Source: Candidatus Omnitrophota bacterium
GTDB taxonomy: Bacteria; Omnitrophota; Gorgyraeia; Gygaellales; Profunditerraquicolaceae
Direction of reading: 5' to 3'
Assembly (NCBI GenBank): GCA_040754255.1
Contig: JBFMDA010000002.1
Span: 1 to 61,274 of the forward strand
DNA length: 61,274 nucleotides
This document shows, piece by piece, positions 9,968-19,322 of the stretch (its first letter is position 1; each line of letters opens with the position of its first letter). The position numbers and the translations under genes are program-made. A model generated the notes under the pieces. It saw only the letters and a program-made list of their open reading frames with translations, ran no database searches and was not told the origin of the DNA.

Positions 9968-10423
9968 TTATGTAAGCAGACTGCATAGCGCCTCCAGCCC
10001 CAAAAGATAGCTTTGAGGGCCAAAGCCCATAATCGTACCTTTTGCCACCGGGCTGATCAGCGACTTATGCCTGAATTCTTCTCTTGTGTAAATATTGGAA
10101 AGGTGGACTTCGACCGCAGGAACCTGAGCTGCGGCAAGCGCGTCTCTAATTGCCACACTCGTATGCGTATATGCGGCAGGATTAATAAGAATCCCCTCAA
10201 AAGTGCCTCTACTCTTGCAAATCAGGTCAACGATTTCGCCTTCATGGTTTGATTGCGTAATAACCAGCCGGACTTTCTTCTTTTTTGCCCGCTCCTTAAG
10301 GCTGCGGTTTATTTGAGCCAGGGTGGTTGTGCCATATACCTGCGGCTCGCGCCGACCAAGCAGATTAAGATTCGGGCCGTGGATTACTAATATCTTTCTA
10401 ACCGCCATTTTTCGCCTCGTCAA
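9968..10423 (-). CDS. aroQ: type II 3-dehydroquinate dehydratase
   Basis: [21 protein letters not shown] and [15 protein letters not shown]. The likely true start is Met6 (10408). Confidence 0.9.
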   Translation of the reverse strand: MTRRKMAVRKILVIHGPNLNLLGRREPQVYGTTTLAQINRSLKERAKKKKVRLVITQSNHEGEIVDLICKSRGTFEGILINPAAYTHTSVAIRDALAAAQVPAVEVHLSNIYTREEFRHKSLISPVAKGTIMGFGPQSYLLGLEALCSLLT

Positions 10424-10586
10424 TTAGCATAACCGGAACGCCGTGTATAAAGGGGTAGCTCTTCCCGCATTTTTTACACACGACTTTTGCCCCTACCATA
10501 TCCACATCGCCTTTACAGTCAGGGCAGGCAAGGATATCCATAAGCAGCCGGTCTGGGCTTGTGTTACTTTTTTGTTTTTTCGACAT
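10398..10586 (-). CDS. Trm112 family protein
   Basis: 62 aa with [15 protein letters not shown]...[18 protein letters not shown] zinc-ribbon pattern. Confidence 0.75.
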   Translation of the reverse strand: MSKKQKSNTSPDRLLMDILACPDCKGDVDMVGAKVVCKKCGKSYPFIHGVPVMLIDEAKNGG

Positions 10587-10902
10587 ATTGCATTTTTAGC
10601 TCGTAAAGCACGTTTTCAAAAAATGAGCCTTCTTCGCTATCTAGGTTACCCTTAGTCTTTTCCTTTAGCATATCAAGGGTATCAATAATGAATTTTGCCT
10701 GGCTTACGTCTTCCTCTTTCTGATTGGTAACGGGGTTTTCTATTAATCCGAGGAATATCGAGGCCTGCAGCGAAAGGGTGGAAACAAAAAATTTAAAATC
10801 CGCAACAGGCGGCACGAACTCACCCCCCTGCTCGCTATGGACCTTTTCTTTCTCTACATTTTCTTTCCATGCATCGTCAATCCGTTTATTTTTTTCATCC
10901 AT
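10564..10902 (-). CDS. DUF1844-like protein
   Basis: FVSTLSLQASIFLG...AKFIIDTLDMLKEKTKGNL matches my memory of DUF1844. Confidence 0.6.
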   Translation of the reverse strand: MDEKNKRIDDAWKENVEKEKVHSEQGGEFVPPVADFKFFVSTLSLQASIFLGLIENPVTNQKEEDVSQAKFIIDTLDMLKEKTKGNLDSEEGSFFENVLYELKMQYVEKTKK

Positions 10903-10935
10903 CGCTGCTCTAACCCTCCCTATAATGACCTTCGG

Positions 10936-11754
10936 TTAATAGATTACCATGCCCGCATAACCTACTACGCTGCTTGAGTCATTGCTGGCCGCAGCACTTG
11001 TCTGGTATTTGATAAGTTCTCCCTTTGTTGCGCCAAGCGTTTTGGCTGCGGACAACATCACGGCAACCGCCGCATATCCGCACATCGAAATTCCATGCCT
11101 TGCAATCCCTTCAAAGAGGCCGGCTTCATTAAGCGCCAGTATCGCCTCAATCGCTATCCTGTCTTTCTTCTCCACGCGGTCCTGCGGTTCGTAGTGCGTC
11201 ATGTCGGTGCTGGCCGCTATAATAACCGAACCCTTCAGTCTTTTTGCAATAATCGCTTCGGCGATCTGCTCCCCGATACGTTTCAGGACCGAAAGTTCAC
11301 CCGGAAAAATCGTAAGCGGCACAATATCAAAAGATTTCCTAAAATACTGCAACACAGGCAGCTCGACTTCGAGAGAATGCTCATACCTGTGCGCAACTGT
11401 ATCTTCTTTGAGGTATGGTGAAGACGATGCCATTTGCCTGGCAAGGCCGGAGTTAACCTGCACTTCTCCCATCGGGGTCTGCCACGCCCCTTCAGTCATT
11501 ATGCTGAATTCCTCTCCGTAGCCGGAATGGTTAGGGCCTATTAATACTACGGTATCTTTTAACTTCATCGACAGCACAGTTTCAACGGCAACCCTGCCAG
11601 AATATACATACCCTGCATGAGGCAATACGCAGGCAATAACATCTTTTTTGGAAGGCTCCTTAATGACAAAACTGGCAATCAGTTTTCTTATTTCCTGACC
11701 GGTGGCAGGATAGAATTGGCCTGCAACCACGGGTTTACGGATTTCACCTGGCAT
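10936..11754 (-). CDS. amrB: AmmeMemoRadiSam system protein B (Memo-like), solitary copy
   Basis: VAGQFYP, LPHAGYVYSG and MTHYEP motifs of the Memo family. Confidence 0.8.
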   Translation of the reverse strand: MPGEIRKPVVAGQFYPATGQEIRKLIASFVIKEPSKKDVIACVLPHAGYVYSGRVAVETVLSMKLKDTVVLIGPNHSGYGEEFSIMTEGAWQTPMGEVQVNSGLARQMASSSPYLKEDTVAHRYEHSLEVELPVLQYFRKSFDIVPLTIFPGELSVLKRIGEQIAEAIIAKRLKGSVIIAASTDMTHYEPQDRVEKKDRIAIEAILALNEAGLFEGIARHGISMCGYAAVAVMLSAAKTLGATKGELIKYQTSAAASNDSSSVVGYAGMVIY

Positions 11755-12661
11755 AGGATACCCTTTCGTTCAAAAACGCGTTACCGGCCTTCAGTGCGAG
11801 TGCGCTTGAACTACGGTGTGCTTCTATGATCTTAATGGTACCTTCGCTTAAAAACTCCGACAGGATCCCGAAATCAAATTCGCCCGTTCCGGGTGCTTTA
11901 TGGTCATTACAGCCAATAATGTCGTGCATGTGCACGCCGAGAAGGCACCTTTTAAACGCTTTAATATATTCAAAGTGCCTATGGAACCCCAAATTTTGCA
12001 TTACCTGCGCATGGCCGGTATCGTGCCAATAACGAAGGCTTGAACCCCTGAATTGCGTGAAGATGTACAGGAGTTCTTCGAAAGACGGGATTTCACGATA
12101 GTAAAAGCGGTTTTCGAGCCCCAAAAGAATATTATTCTTTTCTGCAAAGCGGTTTAATTCCTCCAGGCTTCGAAGCGCGTTCTGCAAAAAAGGCTTAGCT
12201 GCTTTCTTTCTTTCCTGTATTGCTTGGTTTTTCCTCTTTAAGAGCAGACGAAAATTGTTTTTGCCGTGTAAATATATAAGGCCCCTTGTGCGGTCGGGAA
12301 TTTCTACTCTGCCGCAATGCAACACTACTGCCTTAGCTCCAAGCCAGGCAGCGGTAGTAATGGTTTTTTTGGTATAACGTAACGCAAGACGCCTTTCCTC
12401 CTCATCCAAAGAAGCTAAAGAATAACAATCGGGGAGGGCTTTTTCTCTGGACATGCCAGAGGGAATGGGACAAAAGTTATGAATACTTACTATGCGGCAG
12501 CGTTTATTAGCAATGAGCTTTTTAAACCCGTTCACAATAACAGCGTTGAGGTTATAACTCAACTCAAACGTCTTAAACCCAAGTTTTTCCAGTTCAGATA
12601 CAATGGCCCCTGCGCTACGGTGGCGGTATGCGTTCCAGGCAGTCGAAACCCCAAACACCAT
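11744..12661 (-). CDS. sugar phosphate isomerase/epimerase (xylose-isomerase-like TIM barrel)
   Basis: LGLENRFY..., WHDTGHAQV and HMHD metal-ligand pattern. Confidence 0.7.
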   Translation of the reverse strand: MVFGVSTAWNAYRHRSAGAIVSELEKLGFKTFELSYNLNAVIVNGFKKLIANKRCRIVSIHNFCPIPSGMSREKALPDCYSLASLDEEERRLALRYTKKTITTAAWLGAKAVVLHCGRVEIPDRTRGLIYLHGKNNFRLLLKRKNQAIQERKKAAKPFLQNALRSLEELNRFAEKNNILLGLENRFYYREIPSFEELLYIFTQFRGSSLRYWHDTGHAQVMQNLGFHRHFEYIKAFKRCLLGVHMHDIIGCNDHKAPGTGEFDFGILSEFLSEGTIKIIEAHRSSSALALKAGNAFLNERVSYAR

Positions 12662-12823
12662 TTACCGCCTGCCCTTAGCTTTCCTTCGCTTGCGCTCACT
12701 GGGCTTTTCATAATGCTTGCGGTCCCTGACTTCCCTTAAAATACCTTCCTGCTCAATCTGTTTCTTGAAACGCCGCATTGCCGCTTCAAACGACTCGCCT
12801 TTCCTTATCTCAATCTGCGACAT
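12662..12823 (-). CDS. rpsU: 30S ribosomal protein S21
   Basis: Own translation reads MSQIEIRKGESFEAAMRRFKKQIEQEGILREVRDRKHYEKPSERKRRKAKGRR (53 aa, too short for the track). AGGAGG lies 8 nt upstream of the ATG. Confidence 0.9.
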   Translation of the reverse strand: MSQIEIRKGESFEAAMRRFKKQIEQEGILREVRDRKHYEKPSERKRRKAKGRR

Positions 12824-12857
12824 CTAATCACCATCCTCCTCATCTTGAATTTAGTAA

Positions 12858-12886
12858 ACTATATCATTAATTTTAATGTGAGTCAA
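12858..12886 (-). promoter_or_regulatory. sigma70-like promoter upstream of rpsU
   Basis: The minus strand reads TTGACT, then 17 nt, then TATAGT (plus-strand agtcaa 12881-12886 and actata 12858-12863). Confidence 0.5.
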
Positions 12887-12928
12887 ACGTTTTAAAGGAA
12901 TATAATGAGAAAATTTAACAAATAATTC

Positions 12929-14272
12929 TTATATAAGGGTTTTAAGGACTCTTGCGACCCTGCTTTTATTAGAAAGGTTTTTGATATCCTTTACAGTAAA
13001 ATGCCGTTTTGAAAAATTATTTTGGATTTCTTCCAAGTCTTCTACAGTAAGTTCATCGTTTGCAAACGGCATAAGCGAAGGGGCTAACTCCTCCAAATCC
13101 CTACCCTTTATGAGATGTGTATACTTAGCGTATTCTTCGGTACCGGGAATGGGGGTATAAGGCAACACCACCGGCAAGCATCCCAATTTCCAAACGTCTA
13201 TCAAAGTAAGGAGAATAGATTCTAAGCTCTGTCCGGGCAGGCCTATCAGAACAAATAACCAAATGTCATTCTCGTAACGCATGGTTTTATGGCAAAAATA
13301 ACCTTCGGCCTTAAATAATTTTACGACCTTCTCAAAATACGAAAGCTTCAGGTTCTTATGAAACCTGCGCTGCAAATTAAAATCACTGCTTTCTAAGGCC
13401 AGGCCTATATAGCTAACTCCGCTTAAACGCAATTTTCTGATAAGCTCCGGGTAAATTAAGCGCGGGTCGAAACCCTCAGGGATCTGAATAGATAGATCAA
13501 GTTTTAATTTTATAATCCTATCAAGTAATTTTTCAAAGTACACTTTTGCATCCTGCAAAATATTTGACTCCCAAAAAACTATTTTTCTGATGCCGCTGTT
13601 AACGCGCGATTGTAACTCAACGATAACATCTTCTATGGGGCGGTGCGTAATAATTCTGCCTTCTATTTTCGGAACTGCACAGTAGCTGCAGTTGTTACAA
13701 CAACCGCGGGTTGTTTTTATTATAGCGTATTTATATTCCTTTTCTCTCATTAGCTCCATAGCGGGCGGCAAATCGCCGGCTCCTTTAAATTGCCCGACAA
13801 TAACAGTATCCGCCCTTGATCTTTTGGCATGCTCAGGAGCAAGAGTTGGATAAATTCCTCCGATGGTAACAGGAATGTCCGGATACGCTTTTTTACAGAT
13901 CTCCACCACCCTATGGACGCCTTCCCAATAGAAAGTCAAGGATGAGCCCACATAGATTTCATCAGGTTTTTTAATTTTTCGTAGCTCGGTAATAAAAAAG
14001 GAATAAGGCTTACCGATATGGTAACGTTTTTTAAATATTTTCTTACTTCCCATGCCGCATCTTTTTTTATCAAAATGCCTGACCGGTTCATTATAGGGGT
14101 GGTCTTCTCCTATGTATTTATACATACCTTCTAGGAAATCAAAAAGGCGTACTTGACAGCCTTGATTTTTAAAAAAGGCTCCGATTTTTAATAATCCTGT
14201 GTTGTAATCAAAGTTTGCGTTTGGACGGCTATCTAGCAAGGGAGGGTTTATTAGTAATATTTCTTTCGGCAT
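12929..14272 (-). CDS. B12-binding-domain type radical SAM protein (class B-like), last gene of the island
   Basis: N-terminal ILLINPP... Rossmann-like region. rSAM motif TTRGCCNNCSYCAVP. Confidence 0.7.
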   Translation of the reverse strand: MPKEILLINPPLLDSRPNANFDYNTGLLKIGAFFKNQGCQVRLFDFLEGMYKYIGEDHPYNEPVRHFDKKRCGMGSKKIFKKRYHIGKPYSFFITELRKIKKPDEIYVGSSLTFYWEGVHRVVEICKKAYPDIPVTIGGIYPTLAPEHAKRSRADTVIVGQFKGAGDLPPAMELMREKEYKYAIIKTTRGCCNNCSYCAVPKIEGRIITHRPIEDVIVELQSRVNSGIRKIVFWESNILQDAKVYFEKLLDRIIKLKLDLSIQIPEGFDPRLIYPELIRKLRLSGVSYIGLALESSDFNLQRRFHKNLKLSYFEKVVKLFKAEGYFCHKTMRYENDIWLFVLIGLPGQSLESILLTLIDVWKLGCLPVVLPYTPIPGTEEYAKYTHLIKGRDLEELAPSLMPFANDELTVEDLEEIQNNFSKRHFTVKDIKNLSNKSRVARVLKTLI

Positions 14273-14285
14273 ACGAATTCTGGTT

Positions 14286-15266
14286 TTATAGCGGTTTTAT
14301 TTCGGAATCACCGTAGTGATAAATGTGATTTAAAAAAACTCCGGGGCAATATTGTCCAATTTGACAATGGACACACTTGCGTAATTTGTGGTACGAAAAA
14401 ACCCTAGAGTACAAAAATATCGCATCAGATATAGTGTCGTCTGTTTTTAATAATAAGTTCTCGTTATAGCTTTTTTGGCAAGAAACTATTCTCGCAAATC
14501 TTTTTGGCGATAACTCTTTTAAGACACACAATGGATAGCCGATAAAATTTAAATCGGAATTCCTAAATTTTGCTACTATTTCTTTGTAAGATGGCATCAA
14601 ATTTTTATAAGGAAGCTTTGCTTTATATTTAAGATGCAGTATCGAAAGGGTTTCTTTTGTAACTTTAGCGCAAAGCCCTATTATTCTATCTAAGTGGGCT
14701 ATATTTTGCTTAAGTAACAACGTGTGCGGGTAAATTTTTACACCTGAATGTGCCCTTAGATTATCCATGCCGCTTCTTAGCAGTCGATAGCTCTTGCAAT
14801 TTGCAACTATCTTATTATGTAATTTGTTTATACCGTATATCGGAATAGATATATTCCTTAATCCGCATCCTAGAAGTTTTTCGGTAAATGCGTGGTCAGA
14901 GAAAAATTCGCCGGATGAAATGGTTTCAATTGTTTTAAAACCGCATGTATTCGCAAATTCTAATAATTCTAAGATCCCAGGATAACGCAAGGGTTCATTC
15001 GCGGCAAGAAGCAAATGGGGCACCTTGTTTTTTTTATTAGACCGAATTAAATTTTTAAGTTTAGTGAGGCTTGATTCGTTATAGCCTTTATCAGGTTCAT
15101 CTTTATGAAAGCAAAAGATGCAGTAATTGCCGCACCCGGTTGAAAAACTTAGAACATTATATTTTTTATTGCAGCCCATCCCCTTTAATAAATGAAGCTG
15201 TTTGTCAAATGGTGAACTAAAAATACTTAGAAGAGCCTTATTATCCTGGTTAGAATCAGAATACAT
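14286..15266 (-). CDS. radical SAM protein with C-terminal Cx2Cx5CxG motif
   Basis: STGCGNYCIFCFH, AANEPLRYPG and CVHCQIGQYCPGV. Resembles the C-terminal half of the 694-aa protein (NEPLNYPG, SIYGYN). Confidence 0.7.
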   Translation of the reverse strand: MYSDSNQDNKALLSIFSSPFDKQLHLLKGMGCNKKYNVLSFSTGCGNYCIFCFHKDEPDKGYNESSLTKLKNLIRSNKKNKVPHLLLAANEPLRYPGILELLEFANTCGFKTIETISSGEFFSDHAFTEKLLGCGLRNISIPIYGINKLHNKIVANCKSYRLLRSGMDNLRAHSGVKIYPHTLLLKQNIAHLDRIIGLCAKVTKETLSILHLKYKAKLPYKNLMPSYKEIVAKFRNSDLNFIGYPLCVLKELSPKRFARIVSCQKSYNENLLLKTDDTISDAIFLYSRVFSYHKLRKCVHCQIGQYCPGVFLNHIYHYGDSEIKPL

Positions 15267-15274
15267 CTTGGTTT

Positions 15275-16426
15275 TTAGAAATAGGCGTGACTGATTTTTC
15301 CATACAGTAACAAATTTATTATAGGAAATTTAACTAATACGGTTATCACGGCGCCCAAAAATATAAAAGGTGCCAGTGGCAACGTTTTGTATATCTCTAT
15401 TTTTATAGGTAAACTTTTTTTTGTTACAATCTTTTTTATTTCATTAACCTGGTCTTTAGTCAACCCATCGGGATAAAGTGTACCAATTCCCTTGAAACCG
15501 AATTTCAGGATTGACTCTTCAGTGAGCTGTGATTTATCAGGCAAATTGTCAACCGACACCTCTTCTATTACATCGTTTCTTAAAGACAATAATCTCTTGA
15601 GAGAATAAAAAAGCGCAAAAAAGTAAGTAACATTCCTTACATACACAATAAAACTGAAAATTACAGCTGAGCCATATACTAGTAAAAAACTAATTAAAAG
15701 GACAGCCGTTACGAAACTTATAAAGACCAGTATTGTAGTTCGCGTAGCCAAAATTTTATTAAATGTTCTGAATAATAAAAGCGGCATTAGATAACTCACC
15801 AGCGAAACACTAGAGGATGATTTAAGGTATCTAAAATTAGCATCATACATTACCAGCTGAATCAGGATAAGCAAAGTAATATAACACCAGACGAATTTCA
15901 AATATTGATTTTTTTTCTTATTCATGTACTTAAAAATATTTCCAAAAGAAAACAGAAACGCTTCGTAAAAACCGCGTGAGCCGCTCTTTTGTAGCTTATT
16001 TCTAATAAAACCGACCGCCCTGATAAGAAAAACGGCTAATAAGTAAATAAAAAGCAACGCGAACACATTTGTTAAAAAAACAACTATGGGATAAAGCGGC
16101 AACATTTTTTGAAAAGGATCTACTTTTAATAGCACAAAAAATGAAAACAAAATAAAAAGCTTGGAATCTCCGGCTGCCCAGAATCCCAAATACCAAATTA
16201 TAAACGCGAGCAAAATTATTAACGAGGCATTCACAATCATAAAAGAAAGAAAACGAAGACTTGCATATTTCCACAACAACAAATATATAATGCTGATGGC
16301 AGTAAAAAATATACCCGCAATTACCAAATTATTTTTGATTTTTGAATATCTAATATCACTATACGAGCTACACAAACCAATAATTACAAACATAACGAAA
16401 TAAACAAGGTTTTCCATATAATTCAA
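15275..16426 (-). CDS. polytopic membrane protein, A24-family (prepilin-peptidase-like) aspartyl protease with an inserted soluble domain
   Basis: First Asp motif SDIRYSKIKNN (D24). Second is WAAGDSKLF (D87, GAT at 16166-16168). C-terminal LPLAPFIFLGAVI resembles the PFGPFL end of A24 peptidases. Many hydrophobic helices. Confidence 0.55.
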   Translation of the reverse strand: MNYMENLVYFVMFVIIGLCSSYSDIRYSKIKNNLVIAGIFFTAISIIYLLLWKYASLRFLSFMIVNASLIILLAFIIWYLGFWAAGDSKLFILFSFFVLLKVDPFQKMLPLYPIVVFLTNVFALLFIYLLAVFLIRAVGFIRNKLQKSGSRGFYEAFLFSFGNIFKYMNKKKNQYLKFVWCYITLLILIQLVMYDANFRYLKSSSSVSLVSYLMPLLLFRTFNKILATRTTILVFISFVTAVLLISFLLVYGSAVIFSFIVYVRNVTYFFALFYSLKRLLSLRNDVIEEVSVDNLPDKSQLTEESILKFGFKGIGTLYPDGLTKDQVNEIKKIVTKKSLPIKIEIYKTLPLAPFIFLGAVITVLVKFPIINLLLYGKISHAYF

Positions 16427-16455
16427 TGAGTGCTGAAACTAATTCTTTTTTTGAC

Positions 16456-17442
16456 TTAATATGCTGAAATAATTTTTTTTATAATTACGTTGGGATCGCT
16501 AAAAATAGGATAGAGTTCTTGGCTTCCGTACATATTGATATATTCTTTCTGGACTCCCGCACAAATTCTATTGACAGCGCAATAGACGCAACAGTCGGCT
16601 TTAATTCTAAATTTTGTCGGTTTCACCATTCTTACCTTATCCATTCTTTTTTTACTTATAAACGAACAAATATAAAGTTCGTTCTTGACTATTTTTCTGG
16701 TTTCGGATGAAAGCTCTTCAAAGCCTTGCATATAACATAACGGGACCCGCTCGATTCTCATTGTCTTACCATGTGTTCTCAATAACTCGACAGTTTTTTT
16801 CAGCTCCAACTCGATATCTGTATATCTTGCAACAATCCATTGGTTATTTACTACCCTGCTATTCATTTCGCCATCAGCCTTTCCCGGGTCGAGATTATTG
16901 TACACAAAATGGCGTATGTCGGGAAACGCCTTAATGAAAAATCCTGCAGTAATGGAAAGATTTTTGCAATTGAGCGTATTTATAGTACTATTGAGCGCCA
17001 CTTTAAAGCCCACCTTCAGTGAGTTCTCTAGCCCTTTTATTGCTTTTTTAAAATGGCCTTTCTTTTGAGATAACCTGTCTGCGATACTGCTACTATCAGA
17101 GTGAATTGAAATATTAATATCCCTTAGCCCTGATTTAAAAAGTTTTTTTGCCAGGCAAAGGTTTTCCAGTTCGCAGCCATTCGTAATTATCCTGCTTGCA
17201 ATGCCGTTTTTCTGAATAAAAGATATTACCTCCGGTAAAAAGCTTACCAATGTCGGCTCCCCGCCCGTAAGAATGATTTCAGAGATGTCTTGTTTTTTTA
17301 AAGCGGCGATTTTGTTTTTTATTTCATTTAAGCCATAATTTTTTTTAAATTGTGGGTTAGAACAAAATAGGCACTCATTATTACATTCCCGGGTAATCTG
17401 AAGATAGGCTGCTTTTCTGGGCCTTGCGCTCGTCATATACAT
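16456..17442 (-). CDS. radical SAM protein with SPASM/twitch-like C-terminus
   Basis: ITRECNNECLFCSNP, LTGGEPTL and CCVYCAVNRICAGV. Confidence 0.75.
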   Translation of the reverse strand: MYMTSARPRKAAYLQITRECNNECLFCSNPQFKKNYGLNEIKNKIAALKKQDISEIILTGGEPTLVSFLPEVISFIQKNGIASRIITNGCELENLCLAKKLFKSGLRDINISIHSDSSSIADRLSQKKGHFKKAIKGLENSLKVGFKVALNSTINTLNCKNLSITAGFFIKAFPDIRHFVYNNLDPGKADGEMNSRVVNNQWIVARYTDIELELKKTVELLRTHGKTMRIERVPLCYMQGFEELSSETRKIVKNELYICSFISKKRMDKVRMVKPTKFRIKADCCVYCAVNRICAGVQKEYINMYGSQELYPIFSDPNVIIKKIISAY

Positions 17443-17445
17443 AGT

Positions 17446-18372
17446 CTACTTAAAAATGAATAATAGAGGCTTCTCATTTTTGATTTTACCCACCTTCTTA
17501 TCGTTATGAAAAATTGTTAATGCCTTTTTGTCAAAAATCATGCTATTTCCCTTCTTAAGCGTATTATACGCGCAAAAATAATTTCGATCCTTCTGAAAGG
17601 CGTGGTTTTGATTTGTGCTTTTATATACGAACGTATAACGTTTACTTCTTCCATACATATCAACATTATCAAAAAAAACTGTTTTTCCGTTATTCAGAAG
17701 AAGCACGGGAAGTTTTAAAAAAAACTCAATGTATTCTCGAATTTCTGCCTTCAAACCGCAAATCGCATTTAGGACTTTTTGCGCATACCTTTTTGACTCA
17801 TTGCAATCATAGGAGCAAGGAAAATGTGAAATCAACGCCCCAAATCGAGAACCCGGGTACGCGTGTAAATTATTCAAGTAGAATGAAGGCGCGTGTTTGG
17901 TATTTTCATACGCGCTGATGATCAATTTGCTTGACGGAAAATTTGTGTTTTTTTTAAAGAAATTTATGCAGCACTGAGGATAGCCTAATAAATGGCCTAT
18001 GGTTTCATCAACCACAGAGAAAAACTTTTTTCCCGACAGATACATACCTTTTATTCGCTTCACTTCCTGCTCTTTAAGGGCTTCTGCAAGTTTTGGCAAT
18101 TTCGAAGCGTACAATATTATTTGCCCGTCATGGCTATATAAAGATGCCGGCCTTAGCATCGTTTTTGTCCTTTTGATTTTGTAATCGGAATGGGTTATAT
18201 ATATTCCGTTTTTCTCATACATTTCTTTTATGCGTTTAAATTGCCTGTGGTCGATTATGCTTCTTTGCGTAGGCTTAATGCCATGTTTCAATGCCAGATA
18301 CTCAAAATTAACGTTTTCAATAACTTTGATAGTTTTCAATATATATTGCGTATCGGTCTTGACTTTTCTCAT
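17446..18372 (-). CDS. hypothetical protein with conserved-looking Cys4 pattern
   Basis: GHLLGYPQCCINFF followed by SHFPCSYDCNES. No family assigned with confidence. 4-nt overlap with the upstream gene. Confidence 0.55.
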   Translation of the reverse strand: MRKVKTDTQYILKTIKVIENVNFEYLALKHGIKPTQRSIIDHRQFKRIKEMYEKNGIYITHSDYKIKRTKTMLRPASLYSHDGQIILYASKLPKLAEALKEQEVKRIKGMYLSGKKFFSVVDETIGHLLGYPQCCINFFKKNTNFPSSKLIISAYENTKHAPSFYLNNLHAYPGSRFGALISHFPCSYDCNESKRYAQKVLNAICGLKAEIREYIEFFLKLPVLLLNNGKTVFFDNVDMYGRSKRYTFVYKSTNQNHAFQKDRNYFCAYNTLKKGNSMIFDKKALTIFHNDKKVGKIKNEKPLLFIFK

Positions 18373-19283
18373 TTGATCGGATTCAGCTCAAACCAGCCAA
18401 ACTTCTCGGCATATTTGATATCCACGCCGCTGCATATTTTATATTGCCTGCAAGATGCGCAAATCGAAGCTTTCGTCGTAACAGAACTACGGGGCAGCAT
18501 AGTCTTTTCTTTATCCTTGATATAGTACGGTGTTTCTGGAATTCCAACATAATTCTCGTAATCCGCCATAAGACAAAATGGCATGGTTTCTATCTTTATA
18601 GGAAGCTCTTTTCCGTAGCCATACAAACGCTTTAATTTATTAATCGCTTTTTTAAATTCCTTCGCAATATCAGAATATGAAATAAAAAGTTGATTGAAAA
18701 ATCTCTCGGCATTGCCTGCATACATCAGGGTGTTCAATATTATACAATCAATTTTTTCGAAAGATAGAAGCATCCTCAGGAGAGGATAGAGATCTTTGTA
18801 ATTTAGCCTGGTAAGCGTTGAACACGTATTTACCTTTAACCGAAAAATATCTTTTAAAGCAATCATATTCTTCAACCCTTGAATGGTTTGCGCATACCCA
18901 CCGGGAGTACGAGTTAAAGCTTCATGAATTTTTTTTGAACTTCCATGGACTGAAATATTGACTTCCGTTAAACCTGCTTTGACGAGCTCATCGACATAGC
19001 CCCCGTAACGCAACAATCTTCCGTTTGTTTGAAGACAAATGTGTTTATACCCTTTTTGTTTCGCCAATGTAATAAAATGAGACAAATCTTTATTTAACGT
19101 GGGTTCACAGGTAGTAAAAAGCATCGAGTCGAGCGATACGATCTTTTTACTTTGCTTTAAGAACCCTTCAGGGGTTAACCAAGCGGCGTTTTTAAAAGAC
19201 AGGTCCGGCTTTCGGTCAGAACAAAAAATACAATTATTATTACACGCAGCGCTTGTAAATATAGTAAGCCGATCGTTATCCAT
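18369..19283 (-). CDS. radical SAM protein with SPASM/twitch-like C-terminus
   Basis: FTSAACNNNCIFCSD, QTNGR, SVHGSSKKIHEALTRTPGGY and CASCRQYKICSGV. Confidence 0.75.
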   Translation of the reverse strand: MDNDRLTIFTSAACNNNCIFCSDRKPDLSFKNAAWLTPEGFLKQSKKIVSLDSMLFTTCEPTLNKDLSHFITLAKQKGYKHICLQTNGRLLRYGGYVDELVKAGLTEVNISVHGSSKKIHEALTRTPGGYAQTIQGLKNMIALKDIFRLKVNTCSTLTRLNYKDLYPLLRMLLSFEKIDCIILNTLMYAGNAERFFNQLFISYSDIAKEFKKAINKLKRLYGYGKELPIKIETMPFCLMADYENYVGIPETPYYIKDKEKTMLPRSSVTTKASICASCRQYKICSGVDIKYAEKFGWFELNPIK

Positions 19284-19322
19284 ATGTACTATGTTGCTAC
19301 CTTTCTCCTATTAGAGACTCAC

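Noticed and set aside
16002-16274. Same-strand nested ORFs (16002..16274, 22760..22951, 24337..24528, 27683..27874, 28475..28699, 38843..39043, 41335..41523, 49583..49810, 51013..51342, 54010..54261, 56062..56424, 59151..59339)
   Set aside because: They are out-of-frame inside longer motif-bearing genes and have no independent support.
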